Assembly (NCBI RefSeq): GCF_004010195.1
Contig: NC_057752.1
Coordinates: 10,245,038-10,308,442, forward strand
Direction: 5' to 3'
DNA from: Chiloscyllium plagiosum
Taxonomy: Eukaryota
DNA: 63,405 bases
This document shows, one piece after another, positions 36,903 to 51,094 of this stretch; position 1 is the first letter of the stretch, and every line of letters starts with the position of its first letter. A program made the position numbers and the translations under genes. Under the pieces are notes generated by a model that saw only the letters and a list, made by a program, of their open reading frames with translations, was not told where the DNA came from and made no database searches.

Positions 36903-38480
36903 ACCTTCCATTCCCAAGCATCCCAGATGCTCACCTCTTTTGAACAATGTGCGTTTCCCCCCTCCCCCCCAAGTCATCCAGACAGCCCTCCACCAAACCC
37001 CCTCCATTCCCTGCTCCACTGCTCTAAACCACACCCCATCCAAACAAAATAAAAACAGGGTCCACCTTGTTCTCACATACCACCTCACCAGTCCACGCAT
37101 CCAGCGCATCATCCTCAAACACCACCGCCACCTCCTAGAACATCTTCCCCTCCCACCCCTCTCTGCCTTCCACAGGGACGATTCCCATCAACACCCTTTC
37201 CCCCACCCCCAAATGCCCCATCTACTTTACCCTGCAACTGTAAACTATGTTAAACCTGCTGGCACACCACCTCCCTCACCTCCATCCAAGGGCCCCAAAC
37301 TGTCCTTCCAGGTGAGATGTGGTCTTCTCTACATCTTCAACCTGGGCAGCTTACAGTCCGGAGGACATAGCATTGACTCAATAATCTTCCCACCCATTCC
37401 CAGATTCCCTTTCCATCCCTGCCTCCTCCCTTCCCTCCCTCTGGCCAATCCCTCCTTCCAGCTACCAACCAGATTCATGCCTCACATCGATCTACCAGAT
37501 CGTACCTCCCACCTGTATTCACCTAGCACCACCTCACCACTCCGCCCCTCTCACCACCCATAACGCCTACACCCCGTCTCTTTATCTGCAACTCCCCCTA
37601 CCCCCACCTCCAGTCCTGAAGAAAGGTAATACCCGAAACATTGACTTCTCCACCTCCTGCCGCTGTCTGGCTTGCCGTGTTCTTCCAGCCTCCTGCTTGA
37701 TCTCACATCAAACAAATTCCCTTCAAGCTGTACACTCACTTCCTCCAAAAGAGCATTGTTCCTTTGGGTCATGGGTCCGAGCTACGTCAGCCATTGTCTC
37801 AGCTACATCGTGGATTCCTCGGCCCTGCCCACTGTCACCTTTAACATTGAGGAATGGATGGCACCACTTCCTGCTCTCCCCCTGATCCGGAAAATCTCAT
37901 TTACATTGTTCCCACTTTCCATCCTTCTTTCCCCTTTACTTCCAATGTACCTTTGTCTATGTTTCTCAGAACAGGCTGTTGATGGACATTCACTCCAGGT
38001 CCACAGCCTCCCACAGCTTCCTGGACAAAGCTCATTTCCAGAAGGGAACTCATGCCATTCTCTGACTTTCTCCATATCCTGTGTATCATGTCAAGATGAT
38101 GCAGCCTGCCACCTCAGCACGTCATATACATCTTCCAGTGTTCTTCAGCTGAAGTTGCCCTGACTTACCAACGTGGTGCCAAGTGCCCTCCACCATCTGT
38201 TCCTTGCATTTCAGCATTTAGACATTTTCAATGCTCCAGAACCACCATCATTCTCCCTGTGCTCTCACCTTCCATCCCAACCACACTGCATTGTCAATGG
38301 CTCACCCATGCCAATCCCACCACCTTCAGCATGATGCCACATCCCAGGGCATCTTCCCCTCCTTTCCCCTTTCAGCACTGGAAAGGAACCATTCTGTCCT
38401 CCCGACCCTGAACCACTTTCGATCACCCCTTTACACACCCTCCCTTTCAGAAAACTTTCCACAAAGTCCCTCACAAGAGA
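36903..38480 (+). mobile_element. Degraded Penelope-like fragments
   Basis: ORF 36877-37563 has RVHLVLTYHLTSPRIQRIILKH and GPKLSFQVRCGLLYI. A pLTR with an eroded hammerhead-like motif lies at about 37615-37695. Confidence 0.75.
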
Positions 38481-39079
38481 TTAATGTGTAAAATTAAAGA
38501 GCATGGGACTGGGGGGGGGACTGCAGATGACACAAAGCTGGGTGGGAGGGTGAGCTGTGAGGAGGATGCAGAGATGCTTCAGTTTCGACAAGGAGAAAGC
38601 GAGGTCTGCAGATGCTGGAGTTGAAAAGTGTGGCGCTGGAAAAGCACAGCAGACCAGGCAGCTTCTGAGGAGCAGGAGAATCGACATTTCAGGCATAAGC
38701 TCTTCATCAGAAATCTTTAGACAAGTTGAATGAGTGGACAAATGCATGGTAGATGCAGTAAATGTGGATAAATGTGACGTTATCCACTTTGGTGGCAAAA
38801 ACAGATTATTATTTGACTGGCTGTAAATTGGAACAGGGGGAGATTGTTCAACGAGACCCGGGTGTCCTCGTGTATGAATCGCTGAAAGCGCATGTGAGGG
38901 CTTTATCCCCCTCTGAGCTGAACTGAGGACTGAGAACAGCAAAAGCCCTGGAGGGATATAGAATGTACAAAGGGGAATGGGAAAAGGAAATCAGGAGAGC
39001 AGAGATGGGGGGGAGACATGACAAAATAATGGCTGGTAAAATAAAGGAAAATCCTGTTACTTTATAAATGCATTGAAGG

Positions 39080-39725
39080 TGTCACAAAGCTAGTCCCTTT
39101 TTTTCTAAAAGCTGTTTCTTGGTTCAAGGAGACCCTGTCCTTGATTTTTTTTAATGGGGCAATAAACCAGACTGGACTCCGGTCAGTCTGGTTTAGTACA
39201 GAAATGAAAAGGATTTTGAGAGGCCTTTTGTTTATATGTCAACAGATGAGACTTCAGGCCAAAGTGGTCATGGTTTAGAAGTGACCTGTATAATGAAAGG
39301 GGAGTGGTCAGCTCTCTAGATGAGCTGAGCAATGTTTAGTTCAGTTTTGAACTGGGAAGTTCAACAGGGAGCTGTGTGGAAGCACTCTCTCTTTTCTGCC
39401 CTTCAACTTCAACCGGTAAGCATGTGTTCCATTTATACTGGGTTTTAAAGGGGGTTTGCTTATTGGGACTGTTGTGTATATTCGGAACAGCATACTTCAG
39501 TCTAGTTTGGATAGACTGAGTTCTGTAGGGGTTCTTTATTCTGTTCTTTGTGTTTCATTGTGTAATTTTGTGAATAAATGGTTTATCTGTTCTAAAATCT
39601 AGTAGTCAACCCAGCTATCTTACTCTGGGTAATTTTTACTGTACACTTACCGAAACAAATTGCAAAGTTAGGTCTCGGGCTGCCTGCTTAAGAATGTTTT
39701 GAGTGGTCTGGCCTAGTCCATAACA
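39080..39725 (+). mobile_element. Solo LTR
   Basis: tgtcac...ataaca termini, an internal aataaa, and a 3' end shared with the other solo LTRs. Confidence 0.7.
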
Positions 39726-39731
39726 GACTGG

Positions 39732-40231
39732 NNNNNNNNNNNNNNNNNNNNNNNNNNNNNNNNNNNNNNNNNNNNNNNNNNNNNNNNNNNNNNNNNNNNN
39801 NNNNNNNNNNNNNNNNNNNNNNNNNNNNNNNNNNNNNNNNNNNNNNNNNNNNNNNNNNNNNNNNNNNNNNNNNNNNNNNNNNNNNNNNNNNNNNNNNNNN
39901 NNNNNNNNNNNNNNNNNNNNNNNNNNNNNNNNNNNNNNNNNNNNNNNNNNNNNNNNNNNNNNNNNNNNNNNNNNNNNNNNNNNNNNNNNNNNNNNNNNNN
40001 NNNNNNNNNNNNNNNNNNNNNNNNNNNNNNNNNNNNNNNNNNNNNNNNNNNNNNNNNNNNNNNNNNNNNNNNNNNNNNNNNNNNNNNNNNNNNNNNNNNN
40101 NNNNNNNNNNNNNNNNNNNNNNNNNNNNNNNNNNNNNNNNNNNNNNNNNNNNNNNNNNNNNNNNNNNNNNNNNNNNNNNNNNNNNNNNNNNNNNNNNNNN
40201 NNNNNNNNNNNNNNNNNNNNNNNNNNNNNNN
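39732..40231. other. Assembly gap (500 N); further gaps at 40521-40715 and 57232-57731
   Basis: Runs of N. Confidence 1.
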
Positions 40232-41300
40232 ACTAATAAGGAAATACGCAGAGAAAAAATGAGGTACGAAGGTAAACTGGCCAATAATATAAAAGAGGAT
40301 AGTAAACTTTTTTTAGGTATGTGAAAGGCAAAAAAATGGTGAAGACTAAAATTGGGCCCTTGAAGACAGAAACAGGGGAATATATTACGGGGAACAAAGA
40401 AATGGCAGAAGAATTGAATTGGTACTTCAGATCTGTGTTCACTGGGGAAGACACAAGCAATCTCCCTGAGGTAACAGTGGCCGAAGGACCTGAACTGAAG
40501 GGAATTTATATTTGTCAGGANNNNNNNNNNNNNNNNNNNNNNNNNNNNNNNNNNNNNNNNNNNNNNNNNNNNNNNNNNNNNNNNNNNNNNNNNNNNNNNN
40601 NNNNNNNNNNNNNNNNNNNNNNNNNNNNNNNNNNNNNNNNNNNNNNNNNNNNNNNNNNNNNNNNNNNNNNNNNNNNNNNNNNNNNNNNNNNNNNNNNNNN
40701 NNNNNNNNNNNNNNNCTTGACTAATCTTCTTGAATTTTTTGAGGATGTAACTCTGAAGATGGACGAGGGAGATCCAGTAGATGTGGTGTACCTGGAATTT
40801 CAGAAATCTTTTGATAAAGTCCCACATAGGAGGTTAGTGAGCAAAATTAGGGTGCATGTATTGGGGGCAAAGTACTAACTTGGATTGAAAGTTGGTTGGC
40901 TGATAGGAAACAAAGAGTTGTGATAAACGGCTCTATTTCGGAATGGCATGCAGTGACCAGTGGGGTACCGCAGGGATCAGTACTGGGACCGTAGCTTTTT
41001 ACAATATATGTTAATGATATAGAAGATGGTATTAGTAATAACATTAGCAAATTTGCTGGTGATACTAAGCTGGGTGGCAGGGTGAAATGTGATGAGGATG
41101 TTAGGAGATTACAGGGTGACCTGGACAAGTTAGGTGAGTGGTCAGATGCATGGCAGATGCAGTTTAATGTGGATAAATGTATGATTATCCACTTTGGTGG
41201 CAAGAACAGGAAGGCAGATTACTACCTAAATGGAATCAATTTCGGTAAAGGGGCAGTACGGAGAAAATCTGGGTGTTCTTGTACACCAGTCAATGAAGTC
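40232..41300 (+). mobile_element. CR1 LINE ORF2 fragment
   Basis: LTNLLEFFEDVT, VVYLEFQKSFDKVPH and WQMQFNVDKC motifs. Confidence 0.92.
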
Positions 41301-41378
41301 TTGTACACCAGAAATTGCCAGGGCACTTCAAGAAATTGTAGCTTGAAGGGGGCACTATTCAGTTAATAAAATTGAGCT

Positions 41379-42378
41379 TGTAAGGATGATGATGTAAACA
41401 ATGGATGAGGATGACCCACCTCTGAGATTTGTAGGGTGTACAAATCAAGTCTTTTTAATGTTCTGTATTTTTAATTGTGGATTGAATTGAGGAAAGTGCT
41501 GCTTTAAAGCCAAGGATTGCTAAAGGATTTTTTAAAGCAAGTCACTCAATGTAAGCACTATTTACACAGCTGCTGGCTCAAGAATTAGAGGAGATGCAGA
41601 TGGACTGGAATCAGGGAATCAAATGAAGATTCATCCAACAACAAATCGCTAATTGGGCTGCGGACTAGTGACCAGTTGCGAATGACAAAGGCCCTTTGCT
41701 TGCCAACAGTGATGCGATTTGCTCTGAGGTAACTGAAGAGCTTGGGGTTGAGAATGTTTTGGGAGATGCCATCTGATCTCCACTGGCCAGGAGCTGGGAG
41801 AGTGAAACCCACCTTAAACCTGAAGAAAACTATTTTATCTTTCCTTTAGCAGTTGCAAGCTGTGACTTGTCATTAATAAGTTAGAGGCCTTTATATCTGT
41901 GAACCAGTCACCCTGTGCATCTTGCAAATCAGTGCGAGCATCTGGACAAGGAAGACTGAGAAGCAGTGTTCTGATCAGCACCACAATCATAGCATAACAC
42001 CATAGAACTGCCTTCACAGTCTTTCCCTCTGTCCAGACCACCCAAGTTTTTTTTTCCTGTCAGTGTGTGTGTGTGTGTGAGTGAGTATGTGTGAAAGGGG
42101 AGATACTTCCTAAGGGGATTAAATTTTTAACTAGTCAAGTTATATGTCAATTGTTCATCATTGTTTACCTACAGCTAGAGTCTATTAGTTTGTAATAACA
42201 AGAATTACCATTCAAATGCAAAAACCTGGTGTTGAAGTTAAAGAACTTGTGATCACAGTTATCTAAAATAAGCAATCAACGCTTTATAGCAATTTTCTGA
42301 TAGTTTATTGAGTTTTAAGAAGCAGCAATTTAGATATGAGACATTCTTTAATTAGATTTAAAGTATGCTACTGTGACA
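41379..42378 (+). mobile_element. Possible solo LTR
   Basis: tgtaag...tgtgaca termini with an LTR-like internal composition and no TSD confirmed. Confidence 0.35.
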
Positions 42379-43129
42379 ATTTGGGATTATGGATTAATAC
42401 CATAGGCTATCAGCGCAGAGTCTGTCGCTTTCATTAAAGTTGTAGGACAACATCCAGCTCTCTAGCTGAGGTGATGAGGACCCTTCCCTGGGTCTTTCGC
42501 TTCTCCCAGTCCGTCTTCCACCTGGAGAAGACAGCTCTCTGACGACTGCCCAATGAGGACGACTCTCGCCTATGAGGTCCATCGATGAGAACTCCACTCT
42601 ACCCCGAGCACTTGTCGAAATATCCTATTTCTAGGGGCAGGTTATTTACTTTGTGTCAATCAGGTACCTGAACCCTTTGGCCAAAAGCCATGCGGCAACT
42701 ACTCATCGGATGACTATTGTCCCCTTCCCACCTTTGTCTGAGGTTTCGTTTACCATTCTTTAAGAATAAATGCTACTTATTTTCAAACACAGTGTATTGA
42801 TAACAGGGTATCTTCAGTGCCATTTAAATTGTTAATGCTATTTCAATGGGGCATTGTGACCTCATAATTCTTCCCTTTTGTTTTCATATGTAGAACATGG
42901 AAAGTTAATTGCTGCTGTTAAATGAAATCTCATGCTATGCAGTAAATACCAGGAAAATTCAGCGTTTAAATAATCAGAAAATCCAACAGTCTTTCTCTCT
43001 CCTGCTCTTTTAGCTGCTGCTGTTTCTGGGTGCTCCTCTCTCCTGCTTTAAACCACCTTTTCCACCTGTTCAAGGATTGAGGAATCAAGGTCCCTATGAT
43101 CCTTGGGTCCTACATTTCATCACATGATC

Positions 43130-45110
43130 CTTTGCCTCATTAGTCCTCCCAAAATGCACCACCTCACATTTACCAGGATTGAATTGCATTTGCCACTGAT
43201 CAACCCATTAGACCAGACTATCTATACCTTCCTGTAATCTTAGGTTTTCCCTTTTGCTATTTACCACAGCACCAGTTTTGTTTCATCTATAAACTTACTG
43301 ACAATACCTCCAGCATCCATGTCCAGGTCAGTAATGTACAGAACAGCAAAGGACACAGCACCAAACCTTGTGGTATACCACTGGATTAGATTAGATTAGA
43401 TTAGATTCCCTACAGTGTGGAAACAGCCCTTCGGCCTAACCAGTTCACACCGACCCTCCGACGAGTAACCCACCCAGACCCATCTCCCACTGACTAATGC
43501 AGCTAACACTATGGGCGATTTTAGCATGGCCAATTCACCTGATCCGCACATCTTTGGACTGTGGGAGGAAACCGGAGCAAACCCATGCAGACACAGGGAG
43601 AATGTGCAAACTCCACACAGACAGTCGCCCGAGGCTGGAATCGAGCTGGGACCCTGGTGCTGTGATGCAGCAGTGCTAACCACTGAGCCACCGTGCCACC
43701 CACTGGACACAGGAATCCAGTCACAAATACACCCTCCAACCCATCACTCCTACCACTAAGTCAATTTTGGATTAAATTTGCCAATTTGCCCTGGGTCCCC
43801 ATGAGCTCTTACCTTCTTAACCAGTCTGCCATATGAGATCTTGTCAAAAACCTTTCTGAAGTCCATGTAGATTACATCAACTACACTACTCTCAACTAAA
43901 CACCTAATTACCTCCTCAAAAATCCTCAATCAAACTTGTTAGACACAGACTCCCCCTTACAGAGCCATACTGATGATCGTTGATAAATTCATGTCTCCCC
44001 AAGTGGAGATTAATTCTGTCCCTCGGACTTTGTTCCAATAGTTTCCCTTTCACTGATATTAGAATCACTGCCAATATTGCCTTGATTTATTCCTACCACC
44101 CTTCTTGAATAATGGTGCTGTCCTCCAGGCTTTGACACATCTCCAGTTACCAGAGAAGATTTGAAAACTAATGTGAAAGCCCCTCCAATCTCCTCTCTTG
44201 CCTCCCATAGGAGTTTTAAATGCATTTTATCTGGGCCTTCGGATTTATCCACTCTCAAGCCCGCTAAAACCATTAATGATTCCTCCTTCTCAATGCTAAT
44301 TTGTTTAGGTATATCACAGACCTGTCTGATTCCTAAACCTACATTGTCTTTTTGTACAATTAACACATATACAAATTACTAAATTAAAACTTAAGCTATG
44401 TCCTTCAACTTCACAGACTTCATGGGCCTACTCTTTCCCTGATTATTCGCTTGCCTTAAATTCTGAAATGCCCTCAGATTTTCTTTTATTTTACCTGCCC
44501 ATGTTTTCTCATGTCCCGGCTTTGCTCTCCTAATTTCATTTTTAAGCAACTCCATTCATTTTCTACAAGCCTCCAGGGTTTCTGGTGTTATGAGCCTTCT
44601 GGATCTATCCTTATTCAATCTTGTAGATTCCTTGACATCCAGTGTTCTCTGGGTCTGTTGGTCCTACCCTTCACCCTGACGGGAATATGTTGACCCTTCA
44701 CTTTCACAATTCCTTTACTGAAGCACACCAACTGCTCTGATATGGATTTTCCTACCAGTAGCTGATCCCATTTCAGTTTGGCCAGATTCTGTCTTGTCAT
44801 TTTAAAATCAGACTGCCCCAATTCAGACCCTTTATTTCTGACCCATCTTTGTCCTTTTCCATGAAGGCCTGAATTCTTGCTGAGTTATGGTCACTATGAC
44901 TGAAATGTTCCCCCAGCTGACATTTCTACCATATTCCTGGCTTTATTCCCGAAAATTAGGTGCAACACCAACCCTCTCCTACATGCGGGTTTAAAAACCT
45001 CTCCTGATTACATCTTGAGAATTCCAAACCCTCTAAGCCTTCCACTGTTTATCCCAGTTAAAATGGGAAGCTGAAATTACTATCCCATCATTTTTACATA
45101 TCTCTGAGAT
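43130..45110 (-). mobile_element. Old CR1 LINE fragment with a nested SINE
   Basis: ORFs 44010-44366 (LRVDKSEGPDKMHLKLLWEAREEI) and 44615-44821. Confidence 0.8.
43385..43702 (-). mobile_element. HE1-like SINE
   Basis: (gatta)n tail at the left, tRNA head at the right, and a ccactgga direct repeat on both sides. Confidence 0.9.
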
Positions 45111-45149
45111 TTGCCAACATATAAACAATATAAAATAATGACAGTTATA

Positions 45150-47350
45150 GATAGTGTTAATGGTAATTGTCTTTTCCCTAGGATGGGGAATTTCAAGACT
45201 GGAGGGCAAATTTTTAAGGTGAGAGGAGAGAGATTTAAAAAAAAGACATGAGGATGATTTGCATATGGAATGAACCTCCTGACAAAGTGGTGAAGGTAGG
45301 TACAATTACAACATGTAAAAGACATTTGTGATGAGTACATGAATAGCAAAGGGTTTGGAGGAATATGGGCCAGGAGCAGGCAGGTGGAACTAGTTTAGTT
45401 TGGGATTACGGTCTGCGTGGACTGGTTGATATGACTCTATGACTATGACAAAAAAATAGGTAAAGATAGGCCAGTTAACTTAACATCTGTTGTTGGGAAA
45501 ATGTTAGCGTCTATTATAAAGGATGTAATAATAGAGCATTTAGAAATGAAAGTGGAGTCGCAGGTAGACAAGATAATGAAGAAGGCATTTGGCATGCTTG
45601 CCTTTATTGGTCAGTGCATTGAGTACAGGAGTTGGGATGTCATATTGTGGCTGTACAGGACATTGGTTAGGCCACTTTTTGAATACTGCGTGCAGTTCTG
45701 GTCTCCCTGCTATAGGGAGGATGTTGTGAAACTTGAAAGGGTTCAGAAAAGATTGACAAGAATGTTGCCAGGATTGGAGGGTTTGAGCTATAGGGAGAAA
45801 CTGAGTAGGCAGGCGCTATTTTCCCTGGAGTATTGGAGGCTGAGGGGTGACCTTTTCAAGGTTTATAAAACAATGAGGGGCATGGATGAGGTGAATAGAC
45901 AATGTCTTTTCCCTGGGTTAGGGGAATCCAAAACTAGAGGGCATAAGTTTAAGGTGAGAGGGGAAGGATTTTAAAGGGACCTAATGGGCAACATTTTCAT
46001 GCAGGGGTGGTGCCTGTATGGAATGAGCTGCCAGAGGAAGTGGTGGAGGCTGGTACAATTACAACATTCAAAAGGCATCTGGATGGGTACATGAATAGGA
46101 AGTGTTTAGAGGGATATACACTGAATGCTGGAAAATCGGACTAGATTAATTTAGGATATCTGGTCAGCATGGAAGAGTTGGACTGAAGGGTCTGTTTTTG
46201 TGCTGTACATCTCTGTGACTCTATGAATCGATGATTCTCGATTCATAATATAATCAAGCAGAGTCAGCTTGGCTTCAAGAAGGGTAAATGATGTCTGACA
46301 AACTTACTGGAATTCTTTGAGGAGGTAACAAGCAGGAGAGATAAAGGGGAAGGAGTAGGTGTAATATATTTGGATTTTCAGAAGGTGTTTTTTCTTTGTG
46401 GCCCAGCCAGCACAGAGTCAGTCTCCTAAACTGAGGAGACTCTAAATCTCCTGGTTATAGATATATTTTTTCTTTTTTTGTCCCTTGTTCTATTTCCCCC
46501 ACAGTCCCGCCTAACTGAGGTAGTGCTTATATTTTCCCCAGCACCCACGTTGTGTGTGTTGTAGGTGTGAGACACAGTGAAAGACACAAGATATACAAAT
46601 CTTTATTCAATTTCCACCACCAGGAAGAAAGGAAACACCCGAGTGGCCAGTGACAATCAGTGCCCTTCACATCAAAGGGCAATGCTGCGTGATCAAAGAA
46701 AGTGAAGTTGGGGGGCAGGGATTAAATCAAAATAGAGTTGGAGGGGGAAATAAAGCACTCCACTCCCTGCGGCAGAAGGCGTTTGATGAGATATCACAAA
46801 TTAGGCTACTGAATAAGATAACAGCCCATGGTGTTGGAGATAGTATATTAGCATTGATAGAGGATTGGCTAACTAATACAAGACAAAGAGTTTGGATATG
46901 AGTTGGGGGGAGGTGCATTTTCAGGATGGCAACCTGTAACTAGTGGAGTGCCACAAAGATCAGTGCTGGGGCCCCAATTATTTACAATATGTCCTCATGA
47001 CTTGGGAATCCTCATCCATGAATCTCAAAAAGCTCACATCCAAGGTCAGCAGGTATTGGGAAAGGCAAATGGAATGTTGGCCTTTACTTCAAAGGGAATA
47101 GAGTGTAAAAGTATGGAAGTTTTGCTAAAACTATACAAGGCACTGGTCAGAGCACAGCTAGAATACTGTGAACAGTTTTGGACCCCATATCTAAGGAAAG
47201 ACAGACTGGCATTGGAGGCAGCACGGAGAAGGTTCACTCAGCTGATCCCAGGTATGGAGGGAATAAGGTTTGGAGAGACTATCTTATGAGGAGGGGTTGA
47301 GTAGGTTGGGCCTGTACTCATTGCAGTCTAGAAGAGTGAGAGGACACTCT
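45150..47350 (+). mobile_element. Nested CR1 LINE fragments
   Basis: 3' ends at about 45150-45447 and 45547-46225 (ORF 45501-45974), within an older CR1 (GVPQRSVLGPQLF, 46903-47289). Confidence 0.88.
46391..46772 (-). mobile_element. Truncated non-LTR retrotransposon 3'UTR inserted in CR1
   Basis: Flanked by cagaagg(t/c)gttt direct repeats (about 46379-46390 and 46773-46784), with an A-rich end and aataaa on the minus strand. Confidence 0.6.
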
Positions 47351-49419
47351 CCATGAAGAGTATTAAATATTTTAGTTGACGTACGTCTGACAGAAATAGG
47401 TCCTTCAGCCTCTCGTATTCATTCATAAACTGTTGGACTTACTCCAACTGAAATATTTAATACTCTTCATGGCATATTGAAAGAATACCAGCTGTTCAAA
47501 CAATACTCTGATTCAGAGAGTCATACAACATAGAAACAGGTCCTTCGGCCCACTGTATTAATTCATTAATTATGTTGCATGTTGCAATACTCTTTGAATA
47601 AGAGTATTGTTTGAAGAGCTGGTCTAGAGGCATGAATGAAAATGAATGGTTTTAGCAAGGTTCAAGCAAGCACATGACTATTGGAAGTGAGTTGACTTAG
47701 AAGGCACATTATCCACAGCAACAACATGGCCCAGAGTATAGTGCAAGGAACCACAAAGTGTAGAAGTGACGTTGTTGTTGCAGGTCCACAGTACAGGGGA
47801 CAGGTGGGCATTTCTGTGCCAGTCACCATCAGTAGACCCATTGTCTGGTGCCTCCCTCGTGGCAGGGTAAGTAATATTGAGGAGAGTGTGCAGACCAGAG
47901 TGTGTAGGTCTTCTGGGATGATGAGAGAGGTAGATGGAGAAATGAAATGAAGTGGAAAATGAGAGCATTTCATGCATATATTGGGTGAATTCTTCAAGTG
48001 AAAGCCAGGTCAAATGCACTATGGAATAAAAAAGATTGGAGAAGAAAGAATATGAGAATCGATTGGCAGTCCACACAAAATCTTCCACCAGTGCATGAAC
48101 GGTTATGGAGTGGGCGTGACTGAGGATTCGATGAGAGTTATTGGTAATTAACTGGCTCGGAGACAACATCATGCACCTCTGGAACAGATGGGACTTGGAC
48201 CCAGGTCTCCTGACTCAGAGGTTGGGACACTACCACTGCACCACAATAGCTTGCAATGATTTGATTATATGTTTAGAGCAGCAGGGAAAAAGCCAGAATA
48301 TTTCCTAAGTTAACACTGATACGTCAGGCTAATAAAAAGAAATTATTTGTGGTGTACAGCAGGGAGAGTAACTTCAAAGGCCACAAGGTCGCTTTGGTTC
48401 AGAATAATCAATGTTGGTTCTAGCTTAGAAAAACTGAAAATTTTAAGTGGTTGGAGGAGAAAGAAAAGCCAGTCTCATGTCCATGCCAAAAGGTAGTATT
48501 TGTCAGACCAGTTAATGGAATACAGTGCCTCAGTAGAAAAGTCCAGTTTGTACATAGAGTCATACAGCACAGAAACAAACCCTTTGATCCAACCAGTCCA
48601 TGCCAAACATAATCCCAAAATAAACTAATCCCATAGTCACATACTTGCTTGAACTTTGCTAAAACCATCGATTTTCATTCATGCCTCTACGATGTGGTGA
48701 TTTTATATTTGATGTGATCATTTCTCCGGATTTCAGTCTCTGGAACTGGTAGGAAATGGGATGAGACTTTGCTCTGTCATGTGCTTGAAGACCTTTTTAA
48801 TTGTATTCTATTTTGAGATAGATTTCTTTTCTTGCTTGCTTTTGTCTTTTGTGTAATAATTTCTTTTCATTGTTATGCTGAATGACCAACACGATAACTA
48901 AAATGAAAACTAAATGTAGAAGCTATCAAGCCAGATTTCATTCTGGGATCTAATCTACCTAGTCATACCGTCAGCTGGGATTACAAAAATAACTCTGTGT
49001 CCCAATTGGCAACCATTTACACTCCATGTCCTGATAAACAACTTTGCCCAGCTTTTGGTCGGTCAATTCCCATTGTAGTGAAATGCCTGGATAGTATACG
49101 GGGTGATTATACATACCCCCGACTGTCTGTCAGCTTGAGCAATTGCAATATGGTTCGTCAATGACTCACCAGACTCGACACTGTCTGCCTCCCCTTGCAA
49201 TACACCACATGGAATTGCTCTTCCTAAACATATTACATGTGGCTTTGCCATTTACTTGGTTCCTGATCACTGACTGAAAACAGCGAAGTACTACTGAAAT
49301 ACGGCTGGGTTTTGCACGGCTTGAATTTAATCCTTCTTCCTAGAATATTTATAGGCACTTTGTTCAGAGCAAGATGCACTTTCCCTGAGTGCTTGTCCAA
49401 ATATTATGAAAAAGGAGAG

Positions 49420-49805
49420 GGAGGTGATGGCCTAGTGGTATTATTGGTGGGCTATTGACTCAGAGACTCAAGATTCTTAAGGTACTTGCAAGGATAGCTG
49501 TGCAAAAGTTGTCTCCCCTTATAGGGCAGTCTAGGGCCTGTGTTCAAATCTTACCATAGCAGATGGTGAAATTTGAGTTCAACAAAAATCTGGAACTAAA
49601 GGTCTAATGATTCCAATGTTAATTGTCATCTGGACCACTAATGCCCTTTAGGGAAGGAAACTGCTATCCTTATCTGGTCTGGCCTAGATGTGACTCTAGA
49701 CCCACAGCAGCTGACTTTTAACTTACCCCCCCCCCGGGCAATTAGGGATGGGCAATAAATACTGGACTTGCCAGCGATGCCCACATCCCACAAATGAATA
49801 AAAAG
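49420..49805 (+). mobile_element. tRNA-derived SINE with an L2/CR1-type tail
   Basis: tggcctagtgg head and gttcaaatc B-box. The tail ggcaattagggatgggcaataa matches the LINE end at about 6170-6200. Confidence 0.6.
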
Positions 49806-51094
49806 ACGTCCGGTGACAAAAAAGTTGGGACAACAATATGACTGCAGACTTTGTTCTCATTATCTGGGACAATGCAATTGAAACTTCTATTGCCTTGGTG
49901 TTAAGGTGAAGGTCATCTCCTTTGGAACTAAGTTCCTTTCCTCTCAATTCAATCACCATGGTCATTGTAGGTCCTTACGATATTGGAGAAGCTCTTCCTT
50001 CATTCTGCCTAAGGGAGTTTGAATAGTTATGGGGTAAACTAAATAGCATATACTCACAAAGTTTGGGTTGTCTGGAATGTCTATCTGAGTCATGAGCAAA
50101 ACAGCATCAGTTAACATAGGAGCAGGAGTATGCCATTCAGCCCCTCAAGCCTAATTCACCATTCACTGAGATCATGGCTGATCAGTGGCCTAGCTCCATA
50201 TACTAGCCTTTGGCCTATATCCCTTAATACTGTCGCTTAACAAAACCTTATCTATCTCAGATAGAGTGGATGTGGAGAAGATGTTTCCATTAGTACGAGA
50301 GACCAGGACCTGAGGGCACAGCCTCAGACTGAAAGGACCACCCTTTAGAACGGAGATGAGGAGGAATTTCTTCAGCCAGAGGCTGTGGATCTGTGGGACT
50401 AAGAGGACTGTGGAGGCCAAGTCATTGAGTGTATTTAAGACAGAGATAGATAGGTAAGGGGGATCAAGGGTTATGGGGAGAAGGCAGGAGAACGGGGTTG
50501 AGAAACATATCAGCCATGGCGGAACAGACTCGATGGGCCAAATGGCCTAATTCTGCTCCTCTAATATATGGTCTGATGGCTCGAAACCTGATGTCCAACA
50601 TATGCATTTAGATTCATGGGTGTACTAGTAATAGTGCTGAGGAAAGAGGGAGCTGTACTGTTAGAATGACGTTTACTTGAACCAGGCCGTGGCCAGTACC
50701 TTAGTGAATCATATAACCAGGGCAATACAGGGAGTGTTCAATCAAGTAGTGCAAATAGGGGAAGGGTAGGGGGTGGAGGAGGAATGTAGAATATTAACAA
50801 GAAAAGACAGGGCATTAGCAACACAGGAAATGATCATCAGAGCTGTAAACAAGTGACAATAAGTACAAGCATAGAGCCAGAGTATAAAGTCAGAGGAAGG
50901 GCAAATGGTTAAATCAATGATCTTGCTTTGTAAGGTCACTATATAGGATCAGTTTGGATCAAGGTTAGACCAAGCAAGGGAAAGATAGCACTCCCCAGAC
51001 AGTGGTTACACTTGTGGGAAAGAGAACACATCCAGATACAAGTGGCTTGCCAAGGAAGGAACAGCAATAATTGCGGCGAATTTGAAACTCTCGA

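Noticed and set aside
39688..40827. Long ORFs crossing N runs (also 57098-57799)
   Set aside because: They are artefacts of translating assembly gaps.
48990..50100. Unique-looking sequence that might hold further exons or retroviral remnants
   Set aside because: No recognisable motif or consistent splice pattern could be supported by eye.
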